Shown here: piece by piece, positions 17,009 through 27,689 of the stretch
How positions within the stretch are numbered: position 1 is the first letter of the stretch
Layout: the number at the start of each line of letters is the position of its first letter
Origin: a virus
Lineage: Duplodnaviria; Heunggongvirae; Uroviricota; Caudoviricetes
Length of the DNA stretch: 31,026 nt
Direction: 5' to 3' (one strand)
IMG/VR virus record: IMGVR_UViG_2579778802_000007
Location: 1 to 31,026 of that record
Notes under the pieces: generated by a model
Database searches by the model: none
Told to the model about the DNA's origin: nothing
What the model saw: the letters and a program-made list of their open reading frames with translations, nothing else
Program-made: the position numbers and the translations under genes

Positions 17009-19579
17009 CGCCCGCTCCCCGATAACAGACCGCCATCACGCAACTGCAGCCGGAGCTCATCCTGCGCACCTTTACGGGCCATCTCATACACCGCTTTCAT
17101 CAGCTGCGGCCCGGCCTGTCCGTTGATGCCGTCGTTCTGAATCACCACGTGATTGTTCTGATTAAAATTAATCCCTTCCGCCCGCCGCATCTGCGCCGGA
17201 CTTCCGGCAGCACCCACATACCCCCCCTTCCGCATAGCCCCGCATCAGGCGGTACAGGTTCCCGACACCAATCCGGCTGGTTGCCTCCTTCGTGAAGACA
17301 AACTCCCCGCGGTGGACAATCCCCGCTGGCTCATATTTGCCACCGGTTCCCGTAAATCCCCCGGTCGCGAAATGGAAGTTCGCCGCCGCAGCCTGAATGG
17401 CCGTCCCCGTGGAAGCGGATGCGCCACCACCGAAAGCACCACCAATGGCGCTGCCGATACGCCCGACAATCCCCACCATCGCCTGCTTCAGAAAAATCTC
17501 TGTCAGCATGGAGAGCACGGAACGGGTGAAACCACGCCAGTTCTGTTCGCTGCCGGTCAGCATCGCTGCCATATTCTGTGCAATACCGTCAAAGGTCTGC
17601 GTGGCCGCGCTTTTAACCTGCGAAAAACTGTCCGTCGCACTTTCCGCCCACTCGCCCCAGCCGGACTTCAGACCCGCCATCCAGCTTCCACGAAGCTGCT
17701 CCTCCGCAGACCAGGTGTTCTTCAGTGCAGATGTGGTCTTCGCCAGCGCATCCGGATTATCACCGTACACGTCACGAAGGCGCTGCTCTTCCGACTCCCG
17801 CTGCGCCTGACGGTCGGTGAGGCCGCGGGCTTTTGCGCTGATGGCGGCCTGCTTCGCGCTCTGCTGCTGTTCAAACCGCGCCGCCTGCTGTGCCAGCTCA
17901 TTCAGCCGTTTCTGGTGTTCAACCTTGTCGCCCAGCTCAGCCAGCTGGCGTTTGTACTCCAGCGTCTCTTTCTCATGAGCCAGCAGGGATTTTTCCTGCT
18001 CAGATAACTGCCGTTTCGTGGCGGCCTCTTTCAGGACCACATACTGATTTTCCGCTTTCCATAAATCCCGGCGCTGCTGGCTGATTTTTTCATTCGCACC
18101 GGCATGCTTCTCCAGCGTCCTGAGCTCAGTTTCAAGCGCCAGCATGGCTGCATGCGCCCGGTCTTCCTGGCGCTCACCGGCAGACACCTTCACACCGGAC
18201 GGCTTTTTCTGCGTCGATTCATAATCCTTTTTTGCCGACGCCATCAGCGTGTTGTAATCCGCCTGCAGGATTTTTCCGTCTTTCAGGGCCTTATTCAGCT
18301 CTTCCTGCCGGGCGGTATATTTCTCCAGTGGCGTCAGCAGGCGCTCATACGCCTTCTGCGCCTCTCCGGTATACTTCAGCTGTGACGACTCACGCTCAGC
18401 CCTGTCCCTTGCCGCCAGTTCACCGGCTTTTTCCATATCCGACTGCAGCGTTGCCGCTGCCAGACCCAGACGGGCATTTTCCCGGTCATCCCATGCGCCC
18501 TGAAGGTTGGCCCGGAAAGAGGAGGTTTTACCGCGGCGCTGGCTCCGGCTCTGGTACCACTGCCATTTTTTATCCGCCTCATCAAATGCCTTCTGCGCAC
18601 TGGCGAGCATATCCGCTGAGGATTCCGGACGACCGATATCCAGAATGGCATCCCACATCGATTTGAATGCCTTCCCTGTTTTATCCGCCCAGGTCTCCAG
18701 TGTTCCCATGTTTTCTTTCAGGCGACGGGTCTGCTCATCAAAGCCTTTCGTGGCGATATCGTTCGCCGCCTGTAAGGCCCCGGCCTCGTCTCCGGAACGC
18801 TGCAGTTGTGCAACATACGCAATCTGCTCTGCCGTCACGTTACGGAACTGGCGCGCCATCGCCATCAGTCCCGACGTCGGGTCAGTGGTCAGCTTCCCGA
18901 AGGCTTCAGCGACTTTATCTACCTCCACACCGGATGCAGACGCAAAACGCGCGACACTCTGGTTAATGGCATCAAACTGTTCACCACCACGCACACCGGC
19001 ATTCACCAGGGCTGCCAGTGACTCTCTCGCCTGGTTAAACGTCAGCCCTGCTGCCTGCCCGGCTCTTGAGAGCGTCAGCATACGATCGGCAGTCAGTCCG
19101 GCCTGATTGCCGGAAAGGACCAGCGTTTTATTAAATTCTGAAAGCGTGGCGTCGCCCTGATACCAGGCGTACGCCAGCGCACCTGTCGCCACCGCCAGCG
19201 AGGTGACCCCGACCATCGGCAGGGTGATCGCACCGGCAAGCCCCCTGAACATGGGGATCATCCCGCCGAAGGAGTCCTTCACCTGACCGCCCTGTTGCAG
19301 CAGGATGAGCCAGGGATTCTGACCACCGGCAAGCTGCGTGGCGATATCCGTAAACTGTGCGGGCAGGGTACGCATGGCTGCTTTATACTGCCCGACGGAA
19401 ATCCCGGCTTTTTGTGCGGCCAGCGCCTGACGGTTCAGACTCTGCTCAACGGCACCGGCGGTTTTTCTGGCGTCGGTATCCAGTCCTGAAAAATGACGCC
19501 TTACCCGGCTCATCTGCTCATCGAAACGGGCCGCATCCAGACTCAGGTCAATAACAAGATCACCAACCGGCTGGGACAT
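17005..19579 (-). pseudogene. H: Tail tape measure protein H, reading frame broken by one extra base in a C7 homopolymer (plus strand 17221-17227); sequencing error, genuine frameshift or slippage site
   Basis: ORF 17168..19579 matches lambda gpH up to '...LYRLMRGYAEGG'. The remaining C-terminus ('YVGAAGSPAQ...NQNNHVVIQNDGINGQAGPQLMKAVYEMARKGAQDE...') is encoded in ORF 17005..17235, one base out of frame. Confidence 0.9.
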
Positions 19580-20431
19580 ATCTCACACCTCCGGAAATCC
19601 CCGCTGAAGCCATCATTAATGCAACATCATCCTCGCTGACATCCACCACATCTGCAGAAGGTGAAATATCGCCCCCTCCCTCCCCACCGAACCGGACGCC
19701 TCCGGCAAGTCCTGCCGCTTTCTGCATCAGCATGTCTTCCTCATCCGGCATCTCCGTCTGCGCTTCCTCTCGCCGGGGAGCCAGCAGACTGAAATCCGAG
19801 GGATGCATATCCGGATCGCAAAAAAACAGGCTGAGTACGGCGTACATCAGCCCGGAAAAATGCATATCCAGTTGGGTATCCTGAAAATAATGCGTGCGGT
19901 AAAAACGGTGCCAGTCGGCATATTCGGTGGATGTCATCCCGGCAAGCATGGCGCGCCAGTCGGGTCTCCCCATCTCACGCGCCAGTCTGAGGGCAAAGTT
20001 CAGCTCGCCGTCGAAGACTTTCCCGCAGAAAAATCATCATCAGTCAGCGTGTTATTTTTCGCCACTTCAGTAATATCAGTATCCGGACGAACAGCTTCGA
20101 TCATCCCGGACAGGCACAACACCACGTCTTCCGCCCGGGCAATGGCATCGGCAGGCCAGGTGGTGAGCACTTCCTGCTCTATCTTCATCACGGCCTCATT
20201 CATTGACGGTGACTGCGTTCTCTGTGGATGGTTATGCCACAGGGACATCGCCACCAGAAACGCGCCGGTTCTGACAAGATCTTCCACACTCACCTGCAGG
20301 TTGCCGCTGGCTTCAGCCTCTTCTGCCCGCCGTTTCAGCAGGGCAAGATGCTCGATACGCTGCAGCGCAGACAGCTCCGAAAGCGTGACAGACACACCGT
20401 TATATTCAAATTGTTCTGTTTTAAGAAACAT
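19560..20431 (-). CDS. GT: Tail assembly chaperone GT fusion, produced by programmed -1 frameshift at slippery heptamer GGGAAAG (plus strand 20018-20024)
   Basis: G GGA AAG heptamer near the 3' end of G, in the G zero frame. The T frame (ORF 19560..19973) is open across it and offset by -1. This is the conserved lambda G/GT arrangement. Confidence 0.8.
20000..20431 (-). CDS. G: Tail assembly chaperone G
   Basis: Similarity to lambda gpG ('MFLKTEQFEYNGVSVTLSELSALQRIEHLAL'). Start at ATG 20431 (AGGAG upstream). Confidence 0.93.
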   Translation of the reverse strand: MFLKTEQFEYNGVSVTLSELSALQRIEHLALLKRRAEEAEASGNLQVSVEDLVRTGAFLVAMSLWHNHPQRTQSPSMNEAVMKIEQEVLTTWPADAIARAEDVVLCLSGMIEAVRPDTDITEVAKNNTLTDDDFSAGKSSTAS

Positions 20432-20452
20432 GCGTGTTCTCCTAAACACCCG

Positions 20453-21199
20453 TTACGCGGCAGGGACATTAACGGTTACTGTCGCCAGAGCGACAAAATT
20501 ACCGTTATCACTCATGACCACGACCGACGTTGTTCCTTTCTCAAGTGCGTTTACCGTCACTGTGTTCTCCTTCAACGTGGCTGTGGCCACCGCACGATGC
20601 ACGGTCGACACCCTTAATGAAGGATCAGACGCATTATCCGGCAACACAGCCACAGTAAGTGTGCCTGCCTTCCCTTTTTCTAGGGTCAGGGTTTCCGGTT
20701 TAATGGTCACACCGGAAACCGGCGTAATTTTAGTGAGATTTTCCGCCATCGACGGGCGTCCCACATTGGTAACTTTCACCGTTCTGGTGATCACTTCCTT
20801 CGCCGTCACGGCCTTACCGATACTGCTGACCCAGCCACTGAACACATCCACCGTACCATTCGGGAACCGGATTTTATAGGCCCTGACATCCCCGCTTTCA
20901 AACCATGCGATAAGCCCTTTCTGACCTTCCTCACCCGGTTTCCAGGCCAGCGTAAAACTGGTATCACCTGCAGATTTCTGTCCCTGCCCGGTCGCGGTCC
21001 AGTCCGCGTCTTCATCATCCAGGTAGTTATCATCGTAGGGTTCAGCCGTCATCTCGCCCGGCGTCAGATCCTTCACCTTAGCCAGTCGCTGCCAGTCATC
21101 GTCTGACAACGGGTTTGCATAAGCATCACCCTTGCCGTTGTAAACCCACAGAGTGGTACCGGCACCTTTTACCGGCTCAAGGGGATTTGGTGTTGCCAT
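20453..21199 (-). CDS. V: Major tail protein V (with C-terminal Ig-like domain)
   Basis: Similarity to lambda gpV. Confidence 0.95.
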   Translation of the reverse strand: MATPNPLEPVKGAGTTLWVYNGKGDAYANPLSDDDWQRLAKVKDLTPGEMTAEPYDDNYLDDEDADWTATGQGQKSAGDTSFTLAWKPGEEGQKGLIAWFESGDVRAYKIRFPNGTVDVFSGWVSSIGKAVTAKEVITRTVKVTNVGRPSMAENLTKITPVSGVTIKPETLTLEKGKAGTLTVAVLPDNASDPSLRVSTVHRAVATATLKENTVTVNALEKGTTSVVVMSDNGNFVALATVTVNVPAA

Positions 21200-21206
21200 A
21201 TCGTCC

Positions 21207-21602
21207 TCACATCTCGTATGTAATGGAATAAGTCAGATCTGCAGAACTCCATAACGCCATATCGTCATCACGACGATACTCATAGCCCTGCGTAACCATC
21301 GTGGTAATCAGTCCTGCCAGTGCCGGGATCGCGGTCATCGCCGGGTAAATCCGGCTTTCCATCCACTGATCAAGCTCTGAATCCGGTACCTGTGCCGGTA
21401 AAAACACCTCAATATGCAGCGTGGCCCGCCATGTATCTGCATCCAGCTCTTCACCGGTATACTCTGCATCCGTCAGATAAACCGCGATCGCAGGAAAATC
21501 CTCTTCGTCAAAAACAACGGGGCGACCATCAAACAGCGTCGCCCCGTGTTCATGCTGCTCGAGTGCATCCAGCACTGCGGCACGAATGTCAGTGTGTTTC
21601 AT
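21207..21602 (-). CDS. U: Tail terminator protein U
   Basis: Similarity to lambda gpU. Confidence 0.93.
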   Translation of the reverse strand: MKHTDIRAAVLDALEQHEHGATLFDGRPVVFDEEDFPAIAVYLTDAEYTGEELDADTWRATLHIEVFLPAQVPDSELDQWMESRIYPAMTAIPALAGLITTMVTQGYEYRRDDDMALWSSADLTYSITYEM

Positions 21603-22132
21603 CGTTTTATTGCAATCCTCAGTTGTTGTTTCAGCGCGTATGCCAGTTCTTTAGGCAGGCGTTCACGCCGGATACGGTCAACATTCTCATCAAATGCCTG
21701 TTTCAGTGGGGCCGCCATCGGGATTTTCACCACATCAATGGGGTAACGGTTTTTCCCGGCCACACGCTGCATGACATGCCAGCGACCATTTTTTAATCGC
21801 TGAATAAATGCCCGCTGATACCGATGCTGACCGGCTTTAAGTATGCTGTTCGGGCGACGCCCCAGCATCCTGATCCCCAGCTTAATCACAGGGAGATCAC
21901 CGCGGTTAACGATAATTCTGGCATTCGGATTTCTGACCGTCGCCCGTTTCAGTCTGGACCGTTCCTTTACCAGTTTCCGTCTCACCCTGGTTTCCCGGGC
22001 AACCTGTGACGAAGACTGATTAATCGCCGTTGTGGCCACGCGGTTAATCGTCATTGCTGAAGCCGCCGGAATGGCGTTTTTACGAACCCGGCTCAGATTA
22101 TCAATCGCCTGATCAAGCCCTTTTATCGCCAT
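21599..22132 (-). CDS. Z: Tail completion protein Z
   Basis: Similarity to lambda gpZ; overlaps the U start. Confidence 0.9.
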   Translation of the reverse strand: MAIKGLDQAIDNLSRVRKNAIPAASAMTINRVATTAINQSSSQVARETRVRRKLVKERSRLKRATVRNPNARIIVNRGDLPVIKLGIRMLGRRPNSILKAGQHRYQRAFIQRLKNGRWHVMQRVAGKNRYPIDVVKIPMAAPLKQAFDENVDRIRRERLPKELAYALKQQLRIAIKR

Positions 22133-22147
22133 AATTTTACCCTGCGT

Positions 22148-22501
22148 TTATCGTCGCCGGTTAACAGCGGGTGGTTGCCCACGGTTGAGCCAGAGATAAC
22201 AGCTTCCCCCGTCATCCGGAGAAACACGATCCACCCAGAACATCTCGCCGTTAATGGTCAGCGTGTCACCACGCCGCACGGCACGCACCGTATCCGTCCG
22301 CACAAATAATGACGGGCTGCTTCCTTCAATACGGACCCCGCCACCGGCAAAACCCAGCGACTCCGGATCGTCAAAAACCCCCTGAACTTCGCCGCCACGT
22401 TGTGCTCCGGAGGTGAACTGCGCACGGATCCCCATCACTTCAACGATCGTACTGTCCACCCCGGCGAGGGCAGCATCAAAGGCATTCTGAAAATCACGCA
22501 T
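22148..22501 (-). CDS. FII: Head-tail connector protein FII
   Basis: Similarity to lambda gpFII ('GVFDDPE...GSSPSLFVRTD.VR.LRRGDTLTI....FWVDRVSPDDGGSC.LWL.RG.PPAVNRRR'). Confidence 0.95.
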   Translation of the reverse strand: MRDFQNAFDAALAGVDSTIVEVMGIRAQFTSGAQRGGEVQGVFDDPESLGFAGGGVRIEGSSPSLFVRTDTVRAVRRGDTLTINGEMFWVDRVSPDDGGSCYLWLNRGQPPAVNRRR

Positions 22502-22877
22502 ATTCAGCCGTTCCGTGCTGTATCATGGCCGTTGCCAGTGATGATGGCACCAGAACACGCATACCCCGTAACGCCAGCTCAACGGGACGACCTGTCTCCG
22601 GGCAATACCCCATTACTTGCAGGCACTTCCGTACCCGGACGGCTTTAACATCATCCGGAGCATCCGTGTTGTTCAACTGCTCACCATCGTCTGTGTGATT
22701 TTGATCAGCCCCGCTCTCATCAGAGTGCATAATGCCCTCCGGGGAAACAGCAAGCTCCTCTTCCCACTCAGACACACGTTGAGCAATATCCGCAGCACTC
22801 CCCGACATATCCGCCTCGCGCCCCAGCAGGCCAGCCAGTTGACGAAGACGATTCAGATTTTCTTCTTTTGTTGCCAT
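22494..22877 (-). CDS. FI: DNA packaging / head assembly protein FI
   Basis: Position between E and FII, acidic composition. Start at ATG 22877 (AGGAGG upstream). Weak sequence similarity to lambda FI. Confidence 0.75.
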   Translation of the reverse strand: MATKEENLNRLRQLAGLLGREADMSGSAADIAQRVSEWEEELAVSPEGIMHSDESGADQNHTDDGEQLNNTDAPDDVKAVRVRKCLQVMGYCPETGRPVELALRGMRVLVPSSLATAMIQHGTAEYA

Positions 22878-22928
22878 CTCAGCCTCCTGTGAAAAAAGAC
22901 ACGGGGGCATTTCGCCCCCGCTCACGGA

Positions 22929-23957
22929 TTATTTCACCTGCACCACCACAAACTCATCCGGATCCGGCAGCACCATCAGCGGTGCGGACTGCGTCATGGT
23001 GAATTCACGGGCCGGATCGCCCACAGTCAGCCAGTGTTTCGGATAACGGGAAGAGGCCACCACACCTTCGGACAACGCCTGCGCATCCTGAATGGCACCA
23101 TAGCAACGAATGCCCTCTGCTGCCGTATTCCCCAGGACCAGTGTGCCCTCCGGCAGATAACGTTTTTCGGTACCGTCCTCTGCCACATAAGACGTTTTCG
23201 CCACCACAATGGCCAGATCGCCGTAATACCCCTTGAAGGACACCACCGCCCCCAGGTCTTTCACTGCCGTTTCGAGTTGTGAATTTGAGCCGCGACGGGT
23301 ATCCAGTTTTTCGCGGAACAGCTTAAAGCCATTCAGCAGACGCCAGACCGTACCGTCCATAATGGCGATATTCACAAGGCCGCTGGCCTGATCGCAGTAG
23401 AGGTCAATATCATGCGTCGGATCAAACGTATCACGGTCCTGCTCAGACCATTTTTTACCGTCAGCCTGCTCAATGTTATTTCCTTCAGAGCGCCCGAAAT
23501 CCACCTCGACAGTATCAAACTGATCCCCTTCCATGGTGTATTTGCCATACAGCACGGCATTCACCGCCTGCATTTCTTCCACCTGGACAATGGCGTGCTC
23601 TTCCTGTTTGAGGTTATCGGTAATGATACGCAGACGACGGTAGGCCGGGTCGTTCAGCTGAGCCGGATCTTCACCAGGAAGGCGCTCAACCGCCTGCTGG
23701 TAATTAAATTCGTGTTTGGGCTTGACGTAGCCCGGACGTAACACGCGGGTTTCACCACCGCGATGGCGAAGCACTTTTCCTTCAACAACCGGGGAGACAT
23801 AGGCTGCCACCGGCGTTTTTCCGGTAATTTTGTCCAGCATCACCTCTTCGGTGTGGAAATTCACCGTACGGCGGAAAAACAGCTCCAGAAACAGCGCACG
23901 GAATTTCACTTTTTGTTCGGTATAACCGAGTAACTGGCGGGTCGTAAACAATCCCAT
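22929..23957 (-). CDS. E: Major capsid protein E
   Basis: Collinear similarity to lambda gpE ('PGYVKPKHE.N.Q...RLP.EDP..L.DPAYRR.RII', 'KLDTRRGSNS.LETAVKDLG'). Confidence 0.97.
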   Translation of the reverse strand: MGLFTTRQLLGYTEQKVKFRALFLELFFRRTVNFHTEEVMLDKITGKTPVAAYVSPVVEGKVLRHRGGETRVLRPGYVKPKHEFNYQQAVERLPGEDPAQLNDPAYRRLRIITDNLKQEEHAIVQVEEMQAVNAVLYGKYTMEGDQFDTVEVDFGRSEGNNIEQADGKKWSEQDRDTFDPTHDIDLYCDQASGLVNIAIMDGTVWRLLNGFKLFREKLDTRRGSNSQLETAVKDLGAVVSFKGYYGDLAIVVAKTSYVAEDGTEKRYLPEGTLVLGNTAAEGIRCYGAIQDAQALSEGVVASSRYPKHWLTVGDPAREFTMTQSAPLMVLPDPDEFVVVQVK

Positions 23958-24014
23958 AAATCAGTTCCTTTCATTCAGAAATCAGTCAGGCCAACGCGGT
24001 GGCCTGATAACGTG

Positions 24015-24362
24015 TTACGGCAGCGCCGCGTGACTCAGGGCTGTGCCGACAAAGGCGTTGGCCTTTTTGTGTTCATCCACACTTTCAGGCCAGCGGATTG
24101 CCTCCGTCGCAAAGGTCCCCGACTTGTAATACGTCAGCACCGTCTCTGTGCCTTCAAGCGGCAGTACCAGTATGCCAGCCGCACTACCGGCTTTCTGTCC
24201 GTCCCAGACCACCAGTTTCCCGCTGGCTTCATCCAGCATCAGGGGCGTCAGTGCCGGTGTTGCCTGAGAAATCCCGCTGCTGCCTGTGGCGGTATGAGCC
24301 GGATCATTACCGGCAAAAATACGTACTTCTGCACGTTGTTCAGTGATGGTTTTCGTTACCAT
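24015..24362 (-). CDS. D: Head decoration protein D
   Basis: Similarity to lambda gpD ('DPAHTAT...TPLMLD...KLV.WDG'). Confidence 0.93.
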   Translation of the reverse strand: MVTKTITEQRAEVRIFAGNDPAHTATGSSGISQATPALTPLMLDEASGKLVVWDGQKAGSAAGILVLPLEGTETVLTYYKSGTFATEAIRWPESVDEHKKANAFVGTALSHAALP

Positions 24363-24398
24363 ATTGTAAAAACCTCATATTGATGGTCAGCACTGACT

Positions 24399-25904
24399 TC
24401 ATGGCATGGCCATGAGCATTTTCACGTCCGCATCACCGTCTGCCGACGTCTGTGACACGCCACCCTGCACGGCTGCCGGTGAATGGTTCGCCATGATGCG
24501 TTCAAACATGGCGGTTGTGGATGCAGAAACCGGTTCTGCTTTATCCGGCGATGAGGACAGAATGTCGCGGGCAGCCTCCACCGTCATTCCGGGAAACGCC
24601 GCCAGTTTTTCAGCCTGCGCCTCAGCCCCTTTTGCCTCATCCAGAGCCATAATCTGATCACGGAGTGAGGGTCCGGCATCCGCCTGCGGTGAAGCCGCCA
24701 GGATCGGGCGGGCTTTTTCCACCGTCATCTCCGGCATCGCCGCCAGCGTTGCCGCCAGTTGTTCACGACCTTTAGCCTCTTCACACGCCATAATGCGATC
24801 GGCTTCACTCTGCGTGGATGCCACCGGCTGCTGTGGTGCTGCCGCGGTCAGAATCGCCCGGGCCTGTTCAACGCTCATGCCCTGTTGTCCTGCCAGCATC
24901 GTGGCAAGCTGTTCACGTCCTTTCGCTTCCTGACACGTCAGGATCCCCATCACTCGCTGGTTCTCCTGCGCGGCAGCTTCCGTTGCAGTTAATTGCGGCA
25001 TAGTGCCTCCTGTATCATGTGTGTTCAGCGCCGCAGCCATCACGCTGATGGCATCCGACGCATTGATTAATTCATCCGCCAGCCCGGCCTCAATGCCGGA
25101 CTGACCTTCAAAAACGGCGGCCTCTGTTCCCGTGACTGCATCAACAGACAGACCGGTATACATCGCCACTTTTTCGGCAAACATCCGGCGCGCCGCATCA
25201 ATCCGCTGCTGCATGTCCTGGCGAACCTCTTCCGGCAACGCTTCAAACTGATTGCCATCCACCTTGTGCGCCCCTGAGTAAATCAGCGTGATATCCACAC
25301 CGGCCTGCGCCAGATGACCGGCATAGCTGACATGGCTCATCATCACGCCAATGGAGCCGATACGGGATGTCTGGGTAACCAGCCGTCGGGAGCAGGCCGA
25401 CGCCAGCAGCATGGCTGCAGAACAGGCCGTGTCATTGCACAGTGCCCAGACCGGCTTCTGCTGACGGAGGCGGTAAATCATGTCAGCACAGTCAAACGCA
25501 CCGGCGGCCTGCCCGCCCGGACTGTCAATGTCCAGCAGTACGCCCCGCACCTGGCTATCTGCCATTGCCTGCTGAAGACAGGCGACAATGCCGTCATAGC
25601 CTGTCATTCCGGAAAATGGCCGCATACCCCCCAGCCGGTGCACCAGCGTGCCTGTCACCGGCAGTACCGCAATACCGTTCACCACCCGGTAAACACGGGC
25701 CGGTCGTTTACCTCCGGCCATGTACTCGTCCGTTTCAGCCAGCATTCCGGGTGCATCAAGCTGTACCTGCTGTTGTGGTACCGAAAGACTTGCTGCCCCC
25801 ATCTCGCGCCCGAGCGCGCAAAAGAAAACCCGCGCATAGGCGGGCTCCAGAAGCAGCGGTTCATTGAATGCTGCTGCAATAATGTGTGAAAGATTACGTC
25901 TCAC
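24399..25904 (-). CDS. C: Capsid assembly protease C (S49/ClpP-like) with in-frame scaffold (Nu3-like) C-terminal region containing three tandem ~35-aa repeats
   Basis: Similarity to lambda gpC ('AFNEPLLLEPAYARVFFCAL', 'PVTGTLV.R.....YSGMTGY.GI', 'VWAL.ND...SA..LLASA.SRRLVTQT.R.GSIGVMM'). Confidence 0.93.
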   Translation of the reverse strand: MRRNLSHIIAAAFNEPLLLEPAYARVFFCALGREMGAASLSVPQQQVQLDAPGMLAETDEYMAGGKRPARVYRVVNGIAVLPVTGTLVHRLGGMRPFSGMTGYDGIVACLQQAMADSQVRGVLLDIDSPGGQAAGAFDCADMIYRLRQQKPVWALCNDTACSAAMLLASACSRRLVTQTSRIGSIGVMMSHVSYAGHLAQAGVDITLIYSGAHKVDGNQFEALPEEVRQDMQQRIDAARRMFAEKVAMYTGLSVDAVTGTEAAVFEGQSGIEAGLADELINASDAISVMAAALNTHDTGGTMPQLTATEAAAQENQRVMGILTCQEAKGREQLATMLAGQQGMSVEQARAILTAAAPQQPVASTQSEADRIMACEEAKGREQLAATLAAMPEMTVEKARPILAASPQADAGPSLRDQIMALDEAKGAEAQAEKLAAFPGMTVEAARDILSSSPDKAEPVSASTTAMFERIMANHSPAAVQGGVSQTSADGDADVKMLMAMP

Positions 25905-27486
25905 GTGGTGTTGTCTCCTCTTCCGGCCTGCGACTCTCCGCTATCTGCTGCTGATACGCCTGCGCTATCCACACCGGACGTGAGAGTCCGGCTTTTTCCC
26001 GCTCTGCAGATTCCCTGACCTGCTGGCGGAAAATGTCCTGATAATCCTCGCCCATCAGCGCCAGCTCTTTCTCATACGTGCTCAGTCCGGCCTCAATGCG
26101 CATCACTGATTCCTGAACCTCCTTGAGCCCGTCAATGGCCATTCTTCCGGCTCCAATCCACTCAGCCCGTGACCAGGCTGATCGCGCCTGATAAAAATCA
26201 AAACGTGCCCGTGGCGGACGAATAATCCCCCGAAGAAGTGCCTCTTCCAGCCAGCAGGAAAACATCTGCGTGGCCAGCCGGGACGCAATAAATTTTCGCC
26301 GCCCCATAAAATAGCGCCACGACTCATTGGCGGATGCGCGGGCACTTGAATAACTGACCTTCGAGTAATCACGGGACAACTGTTCGTAGGAAACGCCAAG
26401 ACCGGCGGCGATATACCGCAGCAGCGCCTGTTCAAGCGCCGAAAATCCATTGTCTGAATCCTGCGCGGTCTGAAGTTTCAGATCATCACCGGGGAAAAGG
26501 TGCGGAATTTTGACACCGCCCAGCGTCACGCTATTCGTGTCATACCAGGTGGAGAACTTATCCAGAATATTAATAAGCGGATTATCCTTCTGCCCCTGCG
26601 GCGCACCGGCGATATATTCAAAGGCCTTTTCGGTATCAAGGTCACTTTCAATCGTCGCTGCATACATCGCCTTCACTATGGCCGACTGAAGCTGTGTTGC
26701 CTGCAGGGAATCCAGCATCTTCAGCCGTTCCATAACGCTGTAAAACTGATTGGCTCCACGGGTCTGCCCGTCCTCCACCGGCTCGAAAATATGCAGCATG
26801 GCCGGACGCCCGGTGGGAAGTTCACGCGGGATCCGTTCCCATCGTCCACTCCCGGAGCGAGGAAAATCATCCTCACAGATATGGTACGCAACGGCACGGC
26901 CATATCGATCAACCTCCACACCGGCCCGCAGAAAACGGTTCCCGATACCGTGTCCTGGCGTGTCCACCCGTTTCGGACTCACGGCTTTAAAACGCGTACG
27001 AAACAGTTGCGTGCTCTCCGTATCCCAGACCGGCTGCACAAAGATTTCGCCGTTAAACGCATGAACGCCCACACCTTCACGGATAAATTCCGTAAACGTG
27101 CGTTTCCCTTCCACGTCGATCTCACCAAACATCCCTTCTGCGTATTCTGACCAGGCCGCCTCCACCTCATCGACAAAACTTTTTGCCGCGGTCTCCCGCA
27201 TCCCCAGCCAGCGCCAGTTCGGACGGTAGCTAATCAGAAACATATGCCCGACAATGTGATCCTTATGCAGGGCCACCGCATTGGCCGCTATTCCGTTATT
27301 GCGCACCAGATCATCTGCACGGGCATTCCCCAGACGCAACGCGGGCAGCAGGGCCGCATCGGCACTCTGCGAGGGTGGCAACCACTCTGCCATTTGCCCG
27401 CCAAATCCTGCACCGCCCCCGTTGTAGCTGAGGCTCTCCCGAAGCGGAACGCCGTTCACATCAATCAGGACAGGCGTTCGTTTCAT
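25894..27486 (-). CDS. B: Portal protein B
   Basis: Similarity to lambda gpB. Start at ATG 27486, overlapping the W stop (ATGA). Confidence 0.95.
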   Translation of the reverse strand: MKRTPVLIDVNGVPLRESLSYNGGGAGFGGQMAEWLPPSQSADAALLPALRLGNARADDLVRNNGIAANAVALHKDHIVGHMFLISYRPNWRWLGMRETAAKSFVDEVEAAWSEYAEGMFGEIDVEGKRTFTEFIREGVGVHAFNGEIFVQPVWDTESTQLFRTRFKAVSPKRVDTPGHGIGNRFLRAGVEVDRYGRAVAYHICEDDFPRSGSGRWERIPRELPTGRPAMLHIFEPVEDGQTRGANQFYSVMERLKMLDSLQATQLQSAIVKAMYAATIESDLDTEKAFEYIAGAPQGQKDNPLINILDKFSTWYDTNSVTLGGVKIPHLFPGDDLKLQTAQDSDNGFSALEQALLRYIAAGLGVSYEQLSRDYSKVSYSSARASANESWRYFMGRRKFIASRLATQMFSCWLEEALLRGIIRPPRARFDFYQARSAWSRAEWIGAGRMAIDGLKEVQESVMRIEAGLSTYEKELALMGEDYQDIFRQQVRESAEREKAGLSRPVWIAQAYQQQIAESRRPEEETTPRET

Positions 27487-27689
27487 AACCTCACTCCCAG
27501 CGGACAACGGCGACGGCGGGTTGTCCCCAGTACCGACTCCGCATCATTGATCGCCCGGTTAAGCTCATCCAGAGAAGCTGCCGTATATTCAATTCTGCGA
27601 CCATCTTTCTGGACAGACACCACCCGTTTACCGGTTAATAAATCAAGGCGCGCCTGACGCAGCGCCTGCAGTTCAGCGACTGTAACCAT
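27483..27689 (-). CDS. W: Head-tail joining protein W
   Basis: Similarity to lambda gpW ('LTGKRVVSVQKDGRRIEYTAASL'). Confidence 0.93.
   Translation of the reverse strand: MVTVAELQALRQARLDLLTGKRVVSVQKDGRRIEYTAASLDELNRAINDAESVLGTTRRRRCPLGVRL

Noticed and set aside
17312-20879. Plus-strand ORFs antisense to H, GT and V (for example 17312..18007, 18507..19106, 19803..20879)
   Set aside because: Antisense to strongly supported tail genes, with Arg/Ser/Pro-rich low-complexity translations.
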